Shown here piece after piece: positions 24,601-37,254 of a DNA stretch of 64,000 nt (position 1 is the first letter of the stretch; each line of letters opens with the position of its first letter). Source of the DNA: Sphaerodactylus townsendi (Eukaryota); NCBI RefSeq assembly GCF_021028975.2, contig NC_059432.1, positions 63,116,001 to 63,180,000 on the forward strand. Direction: 5' to 3'. Under the pieces are notes generated by a model. That model saw only the letters and a list, made by a program, of their open reading frames with translations, searched no databases and was not told where the DNA came from. The position numbers and the translations under genes are program-made.

Positions 24601-26009
24601 CTGAAGTGCAATCCAAACAAATTGAAGAGAGATGCTGTTATTTGACAGTACTGCTAATCCAGAAATCAAGAGTCAGTCTGTTACAGATGATATTGTACTT
24701 CTCTTGAAAGATCAGTTTCAGCTTTGAGGTCCTATTGGATTCCTTGTTGCATGTGGAATTTCACATTTCATCCAGGTTGCACAACACCTCTAACCAGATT
24801 TGGTTGTTTTGTAATCTCTGGCCGATCTTGTAAAAAACAACATCTGACCATGCACTAATAACATCCAGATTTGAGTACCTCAAGACACTGTACATGGAAC
24901 TGTCTTTTGAAAACATCAGTTGGGGCAGAACGTTAACTAGTATTTCTGTACAGGAAAAAATCTCTCATCAGTTTTTAAAGAGCATCACTAGCAGCAGATT
25001 CATTTCTCAGGCTGTGCTGGTGATTACTTTTAAAACCCAAACTGGACTTGTAACCAGGTATCTTAATTACTGTCTTCATCTATATGGACCTGTCTGAACA
25101 TTCAAGGCCCGTTTATATTCTCTGGGGTGAAACAAGGCAGTCATGAGGAGCTGGCCTTTTTCTGGAATGGCCCTGAATCTGTAGACTACTCTCCCTGCCA
25201 TTGTCTGCTTGCTTGTTGCCTTCCTACTCTGCTAGTGAAAATGTTTCTATTCATCTGAACAGATGGCACACAATTGTAACCTGTTCTTTTCCCTCGTTGA
25301 ACTGTTCCTCGTTCTTTTTTTCACTGTTCATGTAGGTGTTTCCCCTCTTGCCTGTTAAAAATATATATTGTCTTGAACCTCATCATTTCTATCTGTTTAT
25401 TGTTTTATTAATAGTGTTATTGCTGCTGCCTTAGCTGTGCATCTAAAAAAGAGGGAGTGAAGTTGCATTGGAAGGATTGTGTCAGTGCCCATGCCACCGG
25501 GATCATGTAAAGTGGCATGGATGCTAGCACAGAGGGACTTACCTCATTGACCAGCCACCTCAGTGTCCAATCCCAGAAGTTCAGTCCTGTGATGTCAGGC
25601 CTCCACCGCACAGCCTTTGCCAGCATGGAGGAGGATGTTCTTGGGGCAGAACCAAATTTGGTTGGCTCCCGAAGGACTTTTGGCTCAGAAACACCCCCTA
25701 TGTTGGCAGCTGACTTACACAATCAAAAAGCATGGCATAAGTCAGTATCCCCAGTTGGATTTTTAAGGCAGTCAGGTTTTTTTTTAATTATCCCTTCCTG
25801 TAATGCCTGAAACCCCATTGGGGGCAGTGGGGGTGCACTGCTACAATATGGTCACTAGTCACCGTTCTAAACCCCCCCCCCCCTTTGAATGTGCTGCCTG
25901 TGTTGCTTCATTTTTGCTGATATGCTGCCTTGGGACTGATAGAACCTGGGTGCAAAAAAACCTGATAGAAGGTTTGCTTAGCAGAGTTGAATGATACATG
26001 CAGCAGAGT

Positions 26010-26339
26010 TGTTAGGAAAGTTACTTCCTTTTATATAGAGTTTTAAAAAGTAAAACAGGCTACAAAACATATATGCAAAATAAAGCAGTAAAAAAAACTT
26101 GAATGCATAAGCACTGGCATAAAACTTACACAGCAATATTAGGAAGAAGAATCATACACAATAATGTGCATGGATAGAGAGAGAGGTAGCAGTAGGTAGA
26201 AAGAATGTAGAAGCCAAGCCCCAATTAAGCAGCTGGCAAAGGTCACCTCAATTAGGCAGCTGCTCAGCATTATCCCAAGGTCGCAAGTGGTGTTGCTCCT
26301 ACAAAACTTAAATATGCATGGAAGCCAAATACTCTAACA
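26010..26339. mobile_element. Possible solo LTR
   Basis: TGTTAG...CTAACA termini; flanks GAGT / GAGA (3/4). Confidence 0.4.
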
Positions 26340-28468
26340 GAGACTTACAGTAATGAGGAGGTATAGAAATAATAAATTGGATGAATTCTGAACTTTTTGG
26401 CAGCAATGAGAGTAGGCAATGAATAACAAGAAAACAGTGGGTATGCACCAAGGGAAATTGGGTAATCTTTCTGATGAGAATGGAAAACTATCTTCTCAAC
26501 CAGACTGCTCTTAATAATTTGTGTCATCAAATGCAACACCAAATTTTATTTAAAATTATGTATGAAAGACCAGGCGTTTCCTTTGGTTACTACGCAAGTT
26601 ATGAAGAGTTCAGAGTACCAAATGCTGTCATTTTTGTCAGTTTAGGGATGTAATAAGTTTCTTCTGTTTAACACAGCAATGCCCTTTTCTCCCTTCAACC
26701 GCTCTCCCCATTATACAAACCTAATACAATTTTGTTTTGCTGAAGTGACCTTCTGTAAGAGCAGAGTCTCTCAATCTGCAGTTTATATGAGATGAAAAGG
26801 AATCCCTTCCTCATGGTGGTTCTAAAGTACTGAACAATTTTCTTGATATGTAAGAAATTTCTTCCTATTCCTTATTGGAAAGCCCCCAGTTTTCAGTTCC
26901 CTGCTTTGAGATTGTGCTCTGTCTCAAGGAGCCCTTTAATATCCATTTCATGCTTTGGGGGGGGGGGGCATTTGGATTGATTTATTTTACATCAGTGTGT
27001 GACTGGCCTGAAGTGGCCCACTGTGCTTCCATGTTAGAGTGGGGTTTTTTCCTCTTCCCTCCCCCCCCCCAAGATCCTAGTTCAACACTTCATTCTCTGT
27101 GCCATGCTAGATTTCAGTTGATTTATATTGCCTCCTTACAATATTCAACAATTCAAACGCATGAAATTGTTCTGAAGATCCATAGCTAGGGGTACCATGT
27201 AGATGGCAGATCCTCAGTTCTCTGAATATTGCCTGGTAGGATGAAGTAAAGAGAGCAATGTGAAAAGACAAAACACCACAAATTACTATCAGTCCAGCTG
27301 TTTGTAAACAAATGATTGGTGGCAGAAGTTCAGTTACTGTCGTCTGTGCAGATTGGCAGACCTTCAATAATATTTGTCCAGATTGGGTTAATAGCTAGAT
27401 TATAGCTATATGTATAGAAGCTGCCTTTTCAGTAGGAAACCAGGGTTCCAATTATTTCTGAACTGAACTTTAACCTGGACTGGTGGGGACTGTCTTTCAG
27501 CAAAAGCTATTTTCATTCATTAGATATTACATTGCTGTAGGACACATCAAAAGAAAGAAAAAGTGGTTGAACTATGTTGAACCATTGTTTTCAATCTGCT
27601 AATCAAAGATAGCATATCAGTAGAGGTTCTGGTTCTGGTGTTTGAACTGAGCAAGCTTATTTTATTTTAAAGGAAAGAATGAATATATTTCCCCTTTGAT
27701 TTAACACCTGTAAATAGGGTCGGCAAGCTTTTTTCTTTCATGTTACATCCCACCCCCCGAGATGTATGAATGCACAATGATTTGTAGACAGTTTGAAATA
27801 CTTAGCAATCAAATGCTGTCAGAAGGTAGGAAAGGAAACTATAGAAGTATCATACTCACAATAACAATTTGCAGTTATTTGTCTTTTATGGGTTATTTGC
27901 AACAGTTGGAAATGAAGATAACTATCTACTCTAATCTGTTTGTTGGGTAAGAATACTTATTCAGTTTTGAGGGAGAGGAAGAGACTGCATCCCTGAGAAA
28001 AGATGGAATGAATACCTACACTTAGTAAACAACACTGTGAGATCTAAATGTGTGTATATTTTAAACTAAACAGGTCGGCTTCCTTGTTCTACAGTTCTTA
28101 AAATAAACTTACAAGGTAGCTGTCCACAGTGCTGAATCATGAACCATAGAAAGGAATGTCCTATGGAAACCTTCTACCTTGACCACAGCAAAGATTCTCT
28201 TGATTTATGACTGCATGAAAACCTCACCATCAGCAATGCCGAATGGAATGGAGGGGTACTCTTTATAAACACTTTCACGAACAATTGTTTGCAAGTACAT
28301 ATCTGCTGACACATGGCCGAGCTTCTATTTTTCACACAGCATAGCAAGATAGAGGAGTATAATTAGAGGTTCCTTGGCAAAGAGAATGTGCTCCTTGGAC
28401 TCCTTACATCAATCCAATAACTTTGTTTGCCCTTGATGATGCCATCACATAGATAGATCTGTCTATGG

Positions 28469-28621
28469 CAGGGGTAGGGAACCTGCGGCTCTCCAGATGT
28501 TCAGGAACTACAATTCCCATCAGCCTCTGTCAGCATGGCCAATTGGCCATGCTGGTAGAGGCTGATGGGAAATATGTAGTCCCTGAACATCTGGAGCAGG
28601 CTCCTGGAATTCCTACCCCTG
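28469..28621. mobile_element. Palindromic hAT MITE (CAGGGGTAGGGAAC family)
   Basis: Near-identical to 34977-35124. TSD GTCTATGG / GTCTATCA. Confidence 0.88.
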
Positions 28622-28784
28622 GTCTATCAGAGTACCATAAAAGTCAGTATTGGTAGCGTTTTATTTCATTACAGTATCCCTGGGATTAATTATGGGTCCA
28701 TTGGGGAGTCGGAAACCTGGAATAAAAATGGCAGCAAGACAGTAGCACAAAGAAGACCATGAACAACAGTAAATACTATTCAGG

Positions 28785-29056
28785 TGGCTGTTACAGATTT
28801 TCTGGGCTGTGTGGCCCTGGCCTGGTGGTTTTAGCCTCTGATGTTTCACTCACATCTATGGCTGGTATCTTCAGAGGCATGTCATGGTAAGATGGTTTCT
28901 CTCTGTGACATAGTGAAACATATCTTACTATGACATGCCTCTGAAAATGCCAGCCACAGATGCTGACAAAACTTTAAGAGCTAAAACTATCATACCGCAG
29001 CCACACAACTTGAAAAACCCACAAAAGCCACTTGATTTGAGTCTTGAAAGCCTTCA
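28785..29056. mobile_element. Fold-back Penelope-like element with two inverted hammerhead-like motifs (28837-28877 minus, 28938-28978 plus)
   Basis: Inverted arms related to the 7-kb element. Perfect 10-bp TSD ACTATTCAGG at 28775-28784 and 29057-29066. Confidence 0.75.
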
Positions 29057-30039
29057 ACTATTCAGGAGCCTTGTGAGGGAGTGAGTGGGAAGTAGACTTC
29101 AACATGGCCTCTTTTACCTTGACTTTGCTCTTGACAACTAGGCACAACATTAATTAAGACATAGTGTTTCAGTGCTGATAATCAAATTGCCTGGGATTAT
29201 TTTTGCTCCCAGCCACTGACCTAAATTGTGATGTTGGACAAATCACTTGTTTACTTCATGAACACCTGACCATGCCTGTTTTGTAGTTGTCTAGTTCAAT
29301 GCAGTCACATTCTTTAAAGTCAAATATGCTCTAAATTGTTTATTTTTTTCCTCTTGAAATTGTAGATATTCAGTAAAGGATGTATCCAGTGGCATACCTA
29401 GGCAAACTGGAGCCCTGGGTAAAACCTGAGTTTGATGCCCCCCCCCCACCCCCATGGGCGGCCACCCTCTCCTACCATGATCAAACAATGATTTTTTTTC
29501 CCACCAGGTTGTTTCAAATACACCATCACATTATAGAACATGCCCCAACTCACAAATCTGAACACAGCAATGGGCCACGCCACACAGCAGAAATATTTTT
29601 TTGAAAACATTTTCAAATGCTTTCAAAATGTTTTTTTATTACTGCTATAAAAACATTTTATGGTTTTGTATCCAGTCCCCCCCCAGTTGTAGAAACAGCA
29701 TCACTTTCAATGTTATTTAAACTGGGGACCCTTAGTTATCCCCTTTAAAGGTGAATTTAAAAAGGAGAATCTTGGCTCCCTAGTTTCAAACATGCTGGAA
29801 TCCACCCCCCCAAACAGCATTGTGCTTTCAATGATGTTTTAAACTTGGGAGACCCAAGGATTCTCCCTCTTTTAAATCCACCTTTTAAAGCGATAATCTA
29901 GGGGTCCCCAATTTTAATCAACATGTGAAAGTGATACTATTACGAAGGTGGATTCTCCCTATGAAACAGCATCACTTTCAATGTTTAAACTGGGGACCTG
30001 AGATTCTCCTTTTAAATTCATGCCGAAGGGGGTGGATTT

Positions 30040-30087
30040 AACAACAACAACCACAACAACCACAACAACCACAACAACAACCACCAA
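30040..30087 (+). repeat. (AAC/CAC)n microsatellite
   Basis: Direct reading. Confidence 0.9.
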
Positions 30088-30511
30088 CTTTATTAGGCAT
30101 TGAGAGAATAAAAGAAAGAAAGAAAACAAGCATTGGCAGGAAGGAAGTGGATTTAAAAGGAGAATCTGGGGGAATTTAGGGGGTGCCTGCTGTCAGGGAG
30201 TGCAATTGATATAGAAAGGTAGCAGCACCAAAATTTCTGAGTATCTTTGTGAGTCCCTACTGATGATACCACCCAGGTTTGGTGAAGTTTGGTTCAGGAG
30301 ATCCAAAGTTATGGGCCCTCAAAGGTGTAGCCCTCATCTCCTATTAGCTCCCATTGGAAACAATGGGGGATGGGGCACTCAACTTTGGGGAGTCCCGCCA
30401 ACTTTGGACTCGTAACCTAAAACTCAAACTCCTGACCAAAACCTAAGTGAGTGATATCATCAGGAGGAGTCTCTCCCTGAAAGGATCCCTGAAATTTTGG
30501 TGCTGCTAGCC

Positions 30512-31128
30512 CAGGGGTCAGCAACCTTTACCACCCAAAGAGCCATTCGGACCCGTTTTCCATGGCCCCAAAGATCTACTGAGCCGGAGAGGTGGCTCTG
30601 CTCCAGTTCCGACCTCTCCTCCACTCACCTTTCCTTCCAACCCTGGGAGGCAGAGGCGCCAGGCAGGAAACCCCACGCCTTTGCCCGATGGAGCAGGCAG
30701 TGGCCTGCTCCATCCCAGACCCGAAGATGATGGCTTTGCAGCCTGCCCACTGTCGCCACATCTACCGCCAGTCGCAGAAAAGGGGAGGCAGCAGGCGCCA
30801 GGTGCAGTGTGGGAGCCCCTCTGCTCCATGTGTGGGTCGTGGGAGCCTCCGGGGTCGTGGGGCAGTGTGGACATGTCCTTCCTGAGCCCCTCCCAGAGCA
30901 ACGCACTAGAAGGGGAGAGAGTGGACGGGAAGACTCTAAAAGCAGCACCCTCACGCGACAGGGTCACCCCCCTCCGGTTCAGCCCTCCACTCACCTTGCT
31001 TTCAGCCCAGTGCTGCTCTGGAAGGGACACACTCCACCACTCACCTCCGACCTCCAGGCCATGTGGAGCCGCAGTATAAGCCTGAAAGAGCTGCATGCGG
31101 CTCTGGAGCCGCAGGTTGCAGACCCCTG
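30512..31128. mobile_element. hAT Charlie-type element nested in 29387-31140
   Basis: TIRs CAGGGGTCAGCAACCT / AGGTTGCAGACCCCTG. TSD TGCTAGCC / TACTAGCC. Confidence 0.9.
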
Positions 31129-31341
31129 TACTAGCCTCTGGATGTATCACTGCATTAGTAATTTTATATTCTTATCCTACTTATATCAACATAACATTAT
31201 CTAGTTATGTGATTGGAATTTAATAGTGATGATGTAGTGTTTGAGATTTTTACACAAGAGTACAATGATGCTTCATGGCTTAGTTAAGGGGTGAATCCTT
31301 ATGTTCTATTTTCCTAATGAACTGTGCAATCCTAAGAAAAG

Positions 31342-31454
31342 TTCAGTTCCTCTGAAGATACCAGCCACAGATGCAGGCAAAACGTCAGGAGAGAACACAG
31401 GAGAGAATGCTGCTAGAACATGGTCATACAGCCTGGAAACCACACAGCACCCCA
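31342..31454 (+). mobile_element. Single-arm Penelope-like insertion with hammerhead motif (31349-31389), inside a CAATCC-type MITE
   Basis: TCCT-CTGAAGA-t..GGC-AAAACGTC-AGGA (GUC site, G12>A). TSD CTAAGAAAAG at 31332-31341 and 31455-31464. Confidence 0.75.
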
Positions 31455-32432
31455 CTAAGAAAAGGCATTCCAGTTTAAACCTATCCATTTCATTGGGCTT
31501 AGACTGGAGTGACTCTGCATAGAATTGTGCTATAAATTATATAAGCATTTGACTAACCATCAGAAACTAGCTTTTAAAAAATCAAGCTGCCATAAAAATG
31601 TTCAAAACTGGAATTTCAACAAAACCTTGTTGTTTTCTGCAGCCCCGATTTTTCATGAATATAAACTATAACAAAAGTTCTATTGAATGTTGATCTTTCC
31701 TACGTGCCTCAGTCTACTTACCCATATGCTGCTTTTCAACATTCTTTGAATGGGCCATTTTGAGAGATGTTGTGAGAACTGACAACTGACCCTGAAATGT
31801 TCAGTGGTGACAGATGGGGACAGCAATTCTAGTTTTACCATTAAAAAATCTTAAGAAGTAGTTAGCACAGTATTTATTCCAGTACCTTTAAAAAAGCTAT
31901 TACTCTTAAGTGACATTAATAAGTTGAATGTTTTAATAATGAACTTTATTCTCCCTTCCCCCAGCACATGCATTTTCAAAGCACATCATCATAAACCCTT
32001 CAAGTGCTAGAGATGTACAGATGGGAGTTTAATCAAGCCCAGTTGGAGCACATGGGTATTTGTAGCTAATCCAATTCCAGTTACTACATAAGGAAAGATA
32101 TAAATCACTCGACAATTGACAAATGTCTGTAAGTCAAACTGGATTCTAAAGAGCCATGTCACCACTGGAACACATCATATGGGACACTGAACAAACTTTT
32201 CCATGAGTACTTTCGGCTAAAAAATGCTCATAATTAAGTTTGATTTTAAGAAAACTTAACCATCTGATTCCCTAACCAAGATTTCCCACCAAGTTGCAGT
32301 CTTAGAAAAGGCAGTCGATACTCTTCCTCTTGTCAACTGTAAGAACTTCCAAACAATGACAATCCCTCACCATCTATCATAACATATGTGGCATTTGTCT
32401 TACAGCTGTGAACTCTCGGAAATCTTAATTTC

Positions 32433-32933
32433 TGTTGGATAATCTCCTCGAAGTGGAGATTATGCCAGTTCACATCGAGCAGAGTGCACTGGAGGCTGGA
32501 GCGCAGCTAAGCCTTACCATACAGGTGCATGTGTGCGTATCCCAACATGCGTGTAAGCTTGAACAAAAGAAAGTCGGAGTCAGTTGTAGTTTCTAATCTA
32601 ATAAAAAAGAGTATTTATTAGTGAACTCCATTCTGGATAGAAAGGTAGGTAGATAGGTTCACTAATCTATCCTAATCAAGCTGGTTGGAGAAGGATGCAT
32701 GAAGCACCCATCCTCCCTCTAAGCATGGTGGAGTAAGATGGAAAAGTGTGTGAGAAGAAGAAAGCAGAAGGAAGGAAGTCCCTGAGAGTATCAGTCTAAC
32801 ATCAAAGGGATAGAGCCAGCATGATAGAGTAAAGGTGTCAATTCCTAGGTCCCTATCTAGCCACTGGCTAACTAGTAAAACCTCCTCTGTGGGTTGAGGC
32901 AGGAAACTGCATAAAGATCCTTCTCTTCCAACA
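32433..32933 (-). mobile_element. Solo LTR (501 bp)
   Basis: TGTTGGA...TCCAACA termini, perfect 5-bp TSD ATTTC, and TTTATT near 32613 (minus-strand polyA signal). Confidence 0.85.
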
Positions 32934-33039
32934 ATTTCTTGGGGTCTCTGGTGGCACCATGGAGAGAAGTGAGGGAGTGGCAGCCTTTCTCCTTGTCTCG
33001 TAATAGTTTCAGCAGGAAAATGCTGAAGGAAGAGAGGTG

Positions 33040-33168
33040 CTCCTAGTCTACTAGAAGGCTTAGGAAATCTTTTCCATGGCTAGCCTACACATGCACAGTC
33101 CCAATGTGGGACTGCACAGAAGACTTTCAATGAGCAACAATTATAGATGGGTGCAACCCTGCTTTCTT
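33040..33168. mobile_element. Possible DIRS-type terminal repeat remnant
   Basis: CAGTCCCAATGTGGGACTGCACAGAAGAC...GGGTGCAACC resembles recalled reptile DIRS termini. Confidence 0.35.
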
Positions 33169-33705
33169 CCATCTGCAAAATGAGGATAAATGAACTGTCT
33201 CCCAGCAATGTCAAAAAAGTATGTGATAAAAGAAAAATGTTACCTGATTGGGACCTTAGAAATATTATAGACTGTGGATTTTTTTAAAATATGACTTTCT
33301 TTTTTAACTTGTGATTGTATAATAGAAGCCAGTGGATCTGACTGAATTTATATACCATTTATTCATATTTTCTACCTAATCTACTTGTCGACTAGGGATA
33401 TGACCCAGAAAATCAGAATCTTATTTTATACTAATACATGAATTTCAAAGTAAATGAAAATTTACAAGACACTAAATATGAAATGAAATTAAAATGAAAT
33501 TAAAATGAAAATGAAATGAGATTTGGTGCTGATATTTGATTTGCAATAGATTGAAATATTGGAAATGAGCCTCAATGAATTGGAAACATACTCTGCTGTT
33601 GCTATGGAGGAACACCCTCATTGACCAGTGAGTGCCATTTCATTTGGTCCTTTAAGGTGGTAAGGTGCCCTGCAACCATCCCAAGTCTCTGTCCAAAGCT
33701 GTACA

Positions 33706-33960
33706 GAGAACCAGCGTGGTGTAGTGGTTAAGAGCAGGTACACTCTAATCTGGGGAACCGGGTTTGATTCCCCACTCTGCCACTTCAGGTGACCTTGGGC
33801 GAGTCACAGTTCTTTGGAGCTCTCTCAGCCCCACCTACCTCACAGGGTGTTTGTTGTGAGGGGGGGAAGGTAAAGGAGATTGTAAGCCCCTTTGAGTATC
33901 CCTTTTTTTTTGCTGAGGGACAGGAAGGGGGATATAAATCCAAACTCCTCCTCCTTCCTT
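33706..33960 (+). mobile_element. tRNA-derived SINE (Squam3-like) with internal deletion
   Basis: A and B boxes present; reverse-complement match to the copy at 12190. Confidence 0.9.
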
Positions 33961-34139
33961 GGCTGACACTTGGAAGGGTTTCCCACTCTCTTCTCCTTTT
34001 GTACACTGTCACCAACTGGTCATTTTAGGAATTACTTCCTGAGAGGATCAGTACTCTCAGCTTCTTTTTCCACATTGCTTTTCTGAGGGTCTGCCTAGTG
34101 CCTGCACCTCCAGCAACCCAAGTGACTAGTTACCATGGG

Positions 34140-34499
34140 CAGAGGTGGGATCCAGCAGGTTCTCACAGGTTCCAGAGAGTAGGTTACTAATTATTTGTGT
34201 CTGCCGAGAGGGGGTTACTAATTGGTGATTTTGCCACGTGATTTTTGCCTTAGTTATGTCCCTCCTCTCAGCAGTAGCGCACAGAACTTGAAGCAGTCTA
34301 GCAGGAGGTGCACTGGCGTGCGTGGCAGCCTGGACTGGCGCAGCGGCTGCATCCTTGCCACAGCTCTGCCCAGGAATGCCCTGCCCCAGGAATGCCCGGC
34401 CACGCCCTGTTGTGCCCCGTCCAGCCCCATTGGCCTTCATACAGTTTGAATCCCACCACCATGGGAACCTGTTACTAAAATTTTTGGATCCCACTACTG
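34140..34499. mobile_element. Non-autonomous hAT element
   Basis: TIRs CAGAGGTGGGATCC / GGATCCCACTACTG; both flanks contain CATGGG. Confidence 0.8.
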
Positions 34500-34976
34500 T
34501 CATGGGGGCAGCTTACTGCATTTGCCCTCTCCTGGTTAAAAAATTTGTTTTAGCAACTGACAGCAGTGTGTCCAAACAACGTAGGTCTATGTGGTACAGA
34601 AAACAACTACCAGCATTCAAAACATTAAATAACTTTTTAAAAGACATCTACACTCAGACTCTCTGCACAGCAATGGATTGAAAAAGGAATACAAAACAAA
34701 GGTATAAACATGCCATTCCCCTGTCCCTATCTCTTAACATGTCCTTGCTGAACTTATCCTAGGACCAGTTTCTTTAATGTAGACGTTAAAGTTGTTCCAA
34801 GTGACAATTGTGACCATCAAGATGTGAGAGTGTCTTTCTTCAGATGTATTTCACCAGAGCAAACCCAGTAAAATGAACTCCTTTCCATTCATGCCAATAT
34901 ATTTTATCCCTTCTGCTTTCCTCACCCCTTGTGAGTCAGTCAATTCTTTCTTGAAGTCTCCAGAAAGATTCTAGCC

Positions 34977-35124
34977 CAGGGGTAGGGAACCTGCGGCTCT
35001 CCAGATGTTCAGGAACTACAATTCCCATCAGCCTCTGTCAGCATGGCCACTTGGCCATGCTGGTAGGGGCTGATGGGAATTGTAGTTCCTGAACATCTGG
35101 AGAGCCGCAGGTTCCCTACCCCTG
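34977..35124. mobile_element. Palindromic hAT MITE (148 bp)
   Basis: Near-perfect fold-back. Perfect TSD TTCTAGCC at 34969-34976 and 35125-35132. Confidence 0.95.
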
Positions 35125-35435
35125 TTCTAGCCCTTCACACTCACAGTCTCTGCAGCAGGTTCCAGCCAAGGTTGAACTGTTGTTTAATTGTCTCTGGTCA
35201 GGCCATTAGCATTTCCAAATATTTGATGACTGATACTCAGAAGCAGTTGACTTCCCCCTTCCTGCCTGACTTCTGCCAGGAAGTGGGCAAGGCCTGTTGA
35301 GGTTGAGAGATCTCCTGACACCAGAGCACATGGCAACCCTAATTCCTAATTCCCAGGCTCTCAGGAGATCTGGCAGTCTCATATTACCTCACAATCTACC
35401 AACTTGTACAATTCCCCTGGATGGCTAATAACTCC

Positions 35436-35511
35436 TGTTCACCGCCCTGAGCCCTTAGGGGGAGAGCGGTCTATAAACCGAATATATAAATAAAAATATA
35501 AATAAATAAAT
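35436..35511 (+). mobile_element. Extreme 3' end of L2
   Basis: TGTTCACCGCCCTGAGCCC...GCGGTCTATAAA followed by a TAAA tail. Confidence 0.8.
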
Positions 35512-36779
35512 GAAGTGGTCCATAATCTTTATTCTTATAAAATTCCTTTAAAAATATTTTTATGATAGTGTTTTATCTTAATTATGAACTCATCTCATCC
35601 CAAAACATTTCATTTTCTCTCTCTTCTTACCATTTCTAACAAAAAAGCAACATGTTTGGCCCATAATAGCTTTCCTTTGTTTCACTGAATCTGTTTTCCA
35701 AAGTATTTCTCTCAGCAGCCCTTGTCTCCCTTTTGAACAAAGGCACACCTTTATAACTGCTCAAAGGGTGAAGATCTCCTAGGCAGACCAAGAAGAAGCC
35801 TCTACATCAGGCAACCCCAGCATCTGAATGGGAATGGCAGGAGCACTTTGATGGGAGTAATCCATCTCCATCACTGTAATGACCATTCCCATTAATCGGC
35901 CATAAACTAATAAAGTAAGCACTTTCCCCTCTGTACCCCCACCCCTCCAAACTTCATTAAGTCTTTAGTACATTAATATGTCTTACTTAGTGTCTGTTAA
36001 GCCTCTTTTTCACTGCGTACCTGATGAAACATCTCCCTTGGGTCTTCTGAAGCCTTGACAGTTCAGGCCTCAAGTTAGAAGCCATCACTAGGCCTGGTTG
36101 TTACGGCAACCCCACACTTTCTACATGTATAGGGGGAGTAGTAAAGGGAAGGGGGGCAACAGAATAAGAGCTGCTACACCTCCAAATTAAATTTGCCATG
36201 CCAGGCATCAGATGGGCCCACAGCCAGAGATTAATTCGCCTGATCAAGTTATAAAGAGCGCTGAGGCTGGTAATCAATCTTGTAGCTGTCACTGAGATAG
36301 GCAGTGGTATTAACCTGGCAGGCCTCTCAAAAATGCAGGCCTCTTTAATTCTTCTCACAATGATGATTATTTCCCTGGCCTATTTTGGTGGCGGTGGTGG
36401 TTGTGTCAAAGTGGGGTTGGATTGATGGTCTGCCTTCCTCACTCTGTACAAGAGATATTTCTGTATTATTTAGATTTCAATTACAATGTTGTTTGACTGC
36501 TGTCCTCCACACAAAAGTCTACACAGAGATAATGTGAGAGGAGGAAATGTAGAATAAATACACATGAGGGCACTATACTACTTCAGGGTCTTCCCCTGTC
36601 TCCACAACTCCCAATCTGTTCCCATCCCATTAACATGTTTTTCTGCTATGGAAGCTAGTGTTCAAAGTCTGAAAGCTGAAAGTGCTATTCAGAGATGCAT
36701 GTGCAGCTCTCTTTTCTTTTAACTTATGTTTAAGGGTATGGGGGTGGCGCGGAGGATCTGGTCTGAGACCATGAATGTG

Positions 36780-36836
36780 GGGCTGATGGGAATTGTAGTC
36801 CATAACATCTGGAGTGCCAAAGGTTCGCCACCACGG
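36780..36836. mobile_element. Half of a palindromic hAT MITE
   Basis: GCTGATGGGAATTGTAGTCC...AAAGGTTCGCCACCAC; related to 34977 and 63624. Confidence 0.7.
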
Positions 36837-37254
36837 ATGTAGAACCACAGCACAGTATTCTTGGTTAACTAATCAGAATTAACCATGTGGTTAGTTCACA
36901 GACAATAGTGTACAGCCAAAGCTTGACTAAAGATTTTTTGGGGGGGTAATGCAAAGGTTAATTGGGAATTAGAAATGATAAGGGGTGTGATGCTGACTCA
37001 GGCAGGCTTATTGAATTGAATTGGTTGTAGCTGTGAGACTGAGCAACAGTGAAAAATCTTAGCAATACATCTAGACTTGCTGTGGTTATGCTGTGGTTTT
37101 CTCTCTAGACCTTCCCCCCAATTAATGTCCTTGCATTCTTGTTTGTCCCATCTTTCTTGCTGCCATTAACCAGGACACACTCTCTCTCTGTCTCTCTCTG
37201 TCTCTGTGTGTGTGTGTGTGTGGTCTTTCACATCACTTCTAATCTGATCCTTTT

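Larger units (their letters stand above)
29387..31140. mobile_element. Non-autonomous hAT (Tip100-like) element with the same ends as 2104-4731, different internal sequence and right portion largely deleted
   Basis: Left end CAGTGGCATACCTAGGCAAACTGG, right end GCCTCTG. Perfect TSD GATGTATC at 29379-29386 and 31141-31148. Confidence 0.8.

Noticed and set aside
30518-31204. Several overlapping 100-210 aa ORFs
   Set aside because: They lie inside a GC-rich non-autonomous hAT and have no transposase motifs.
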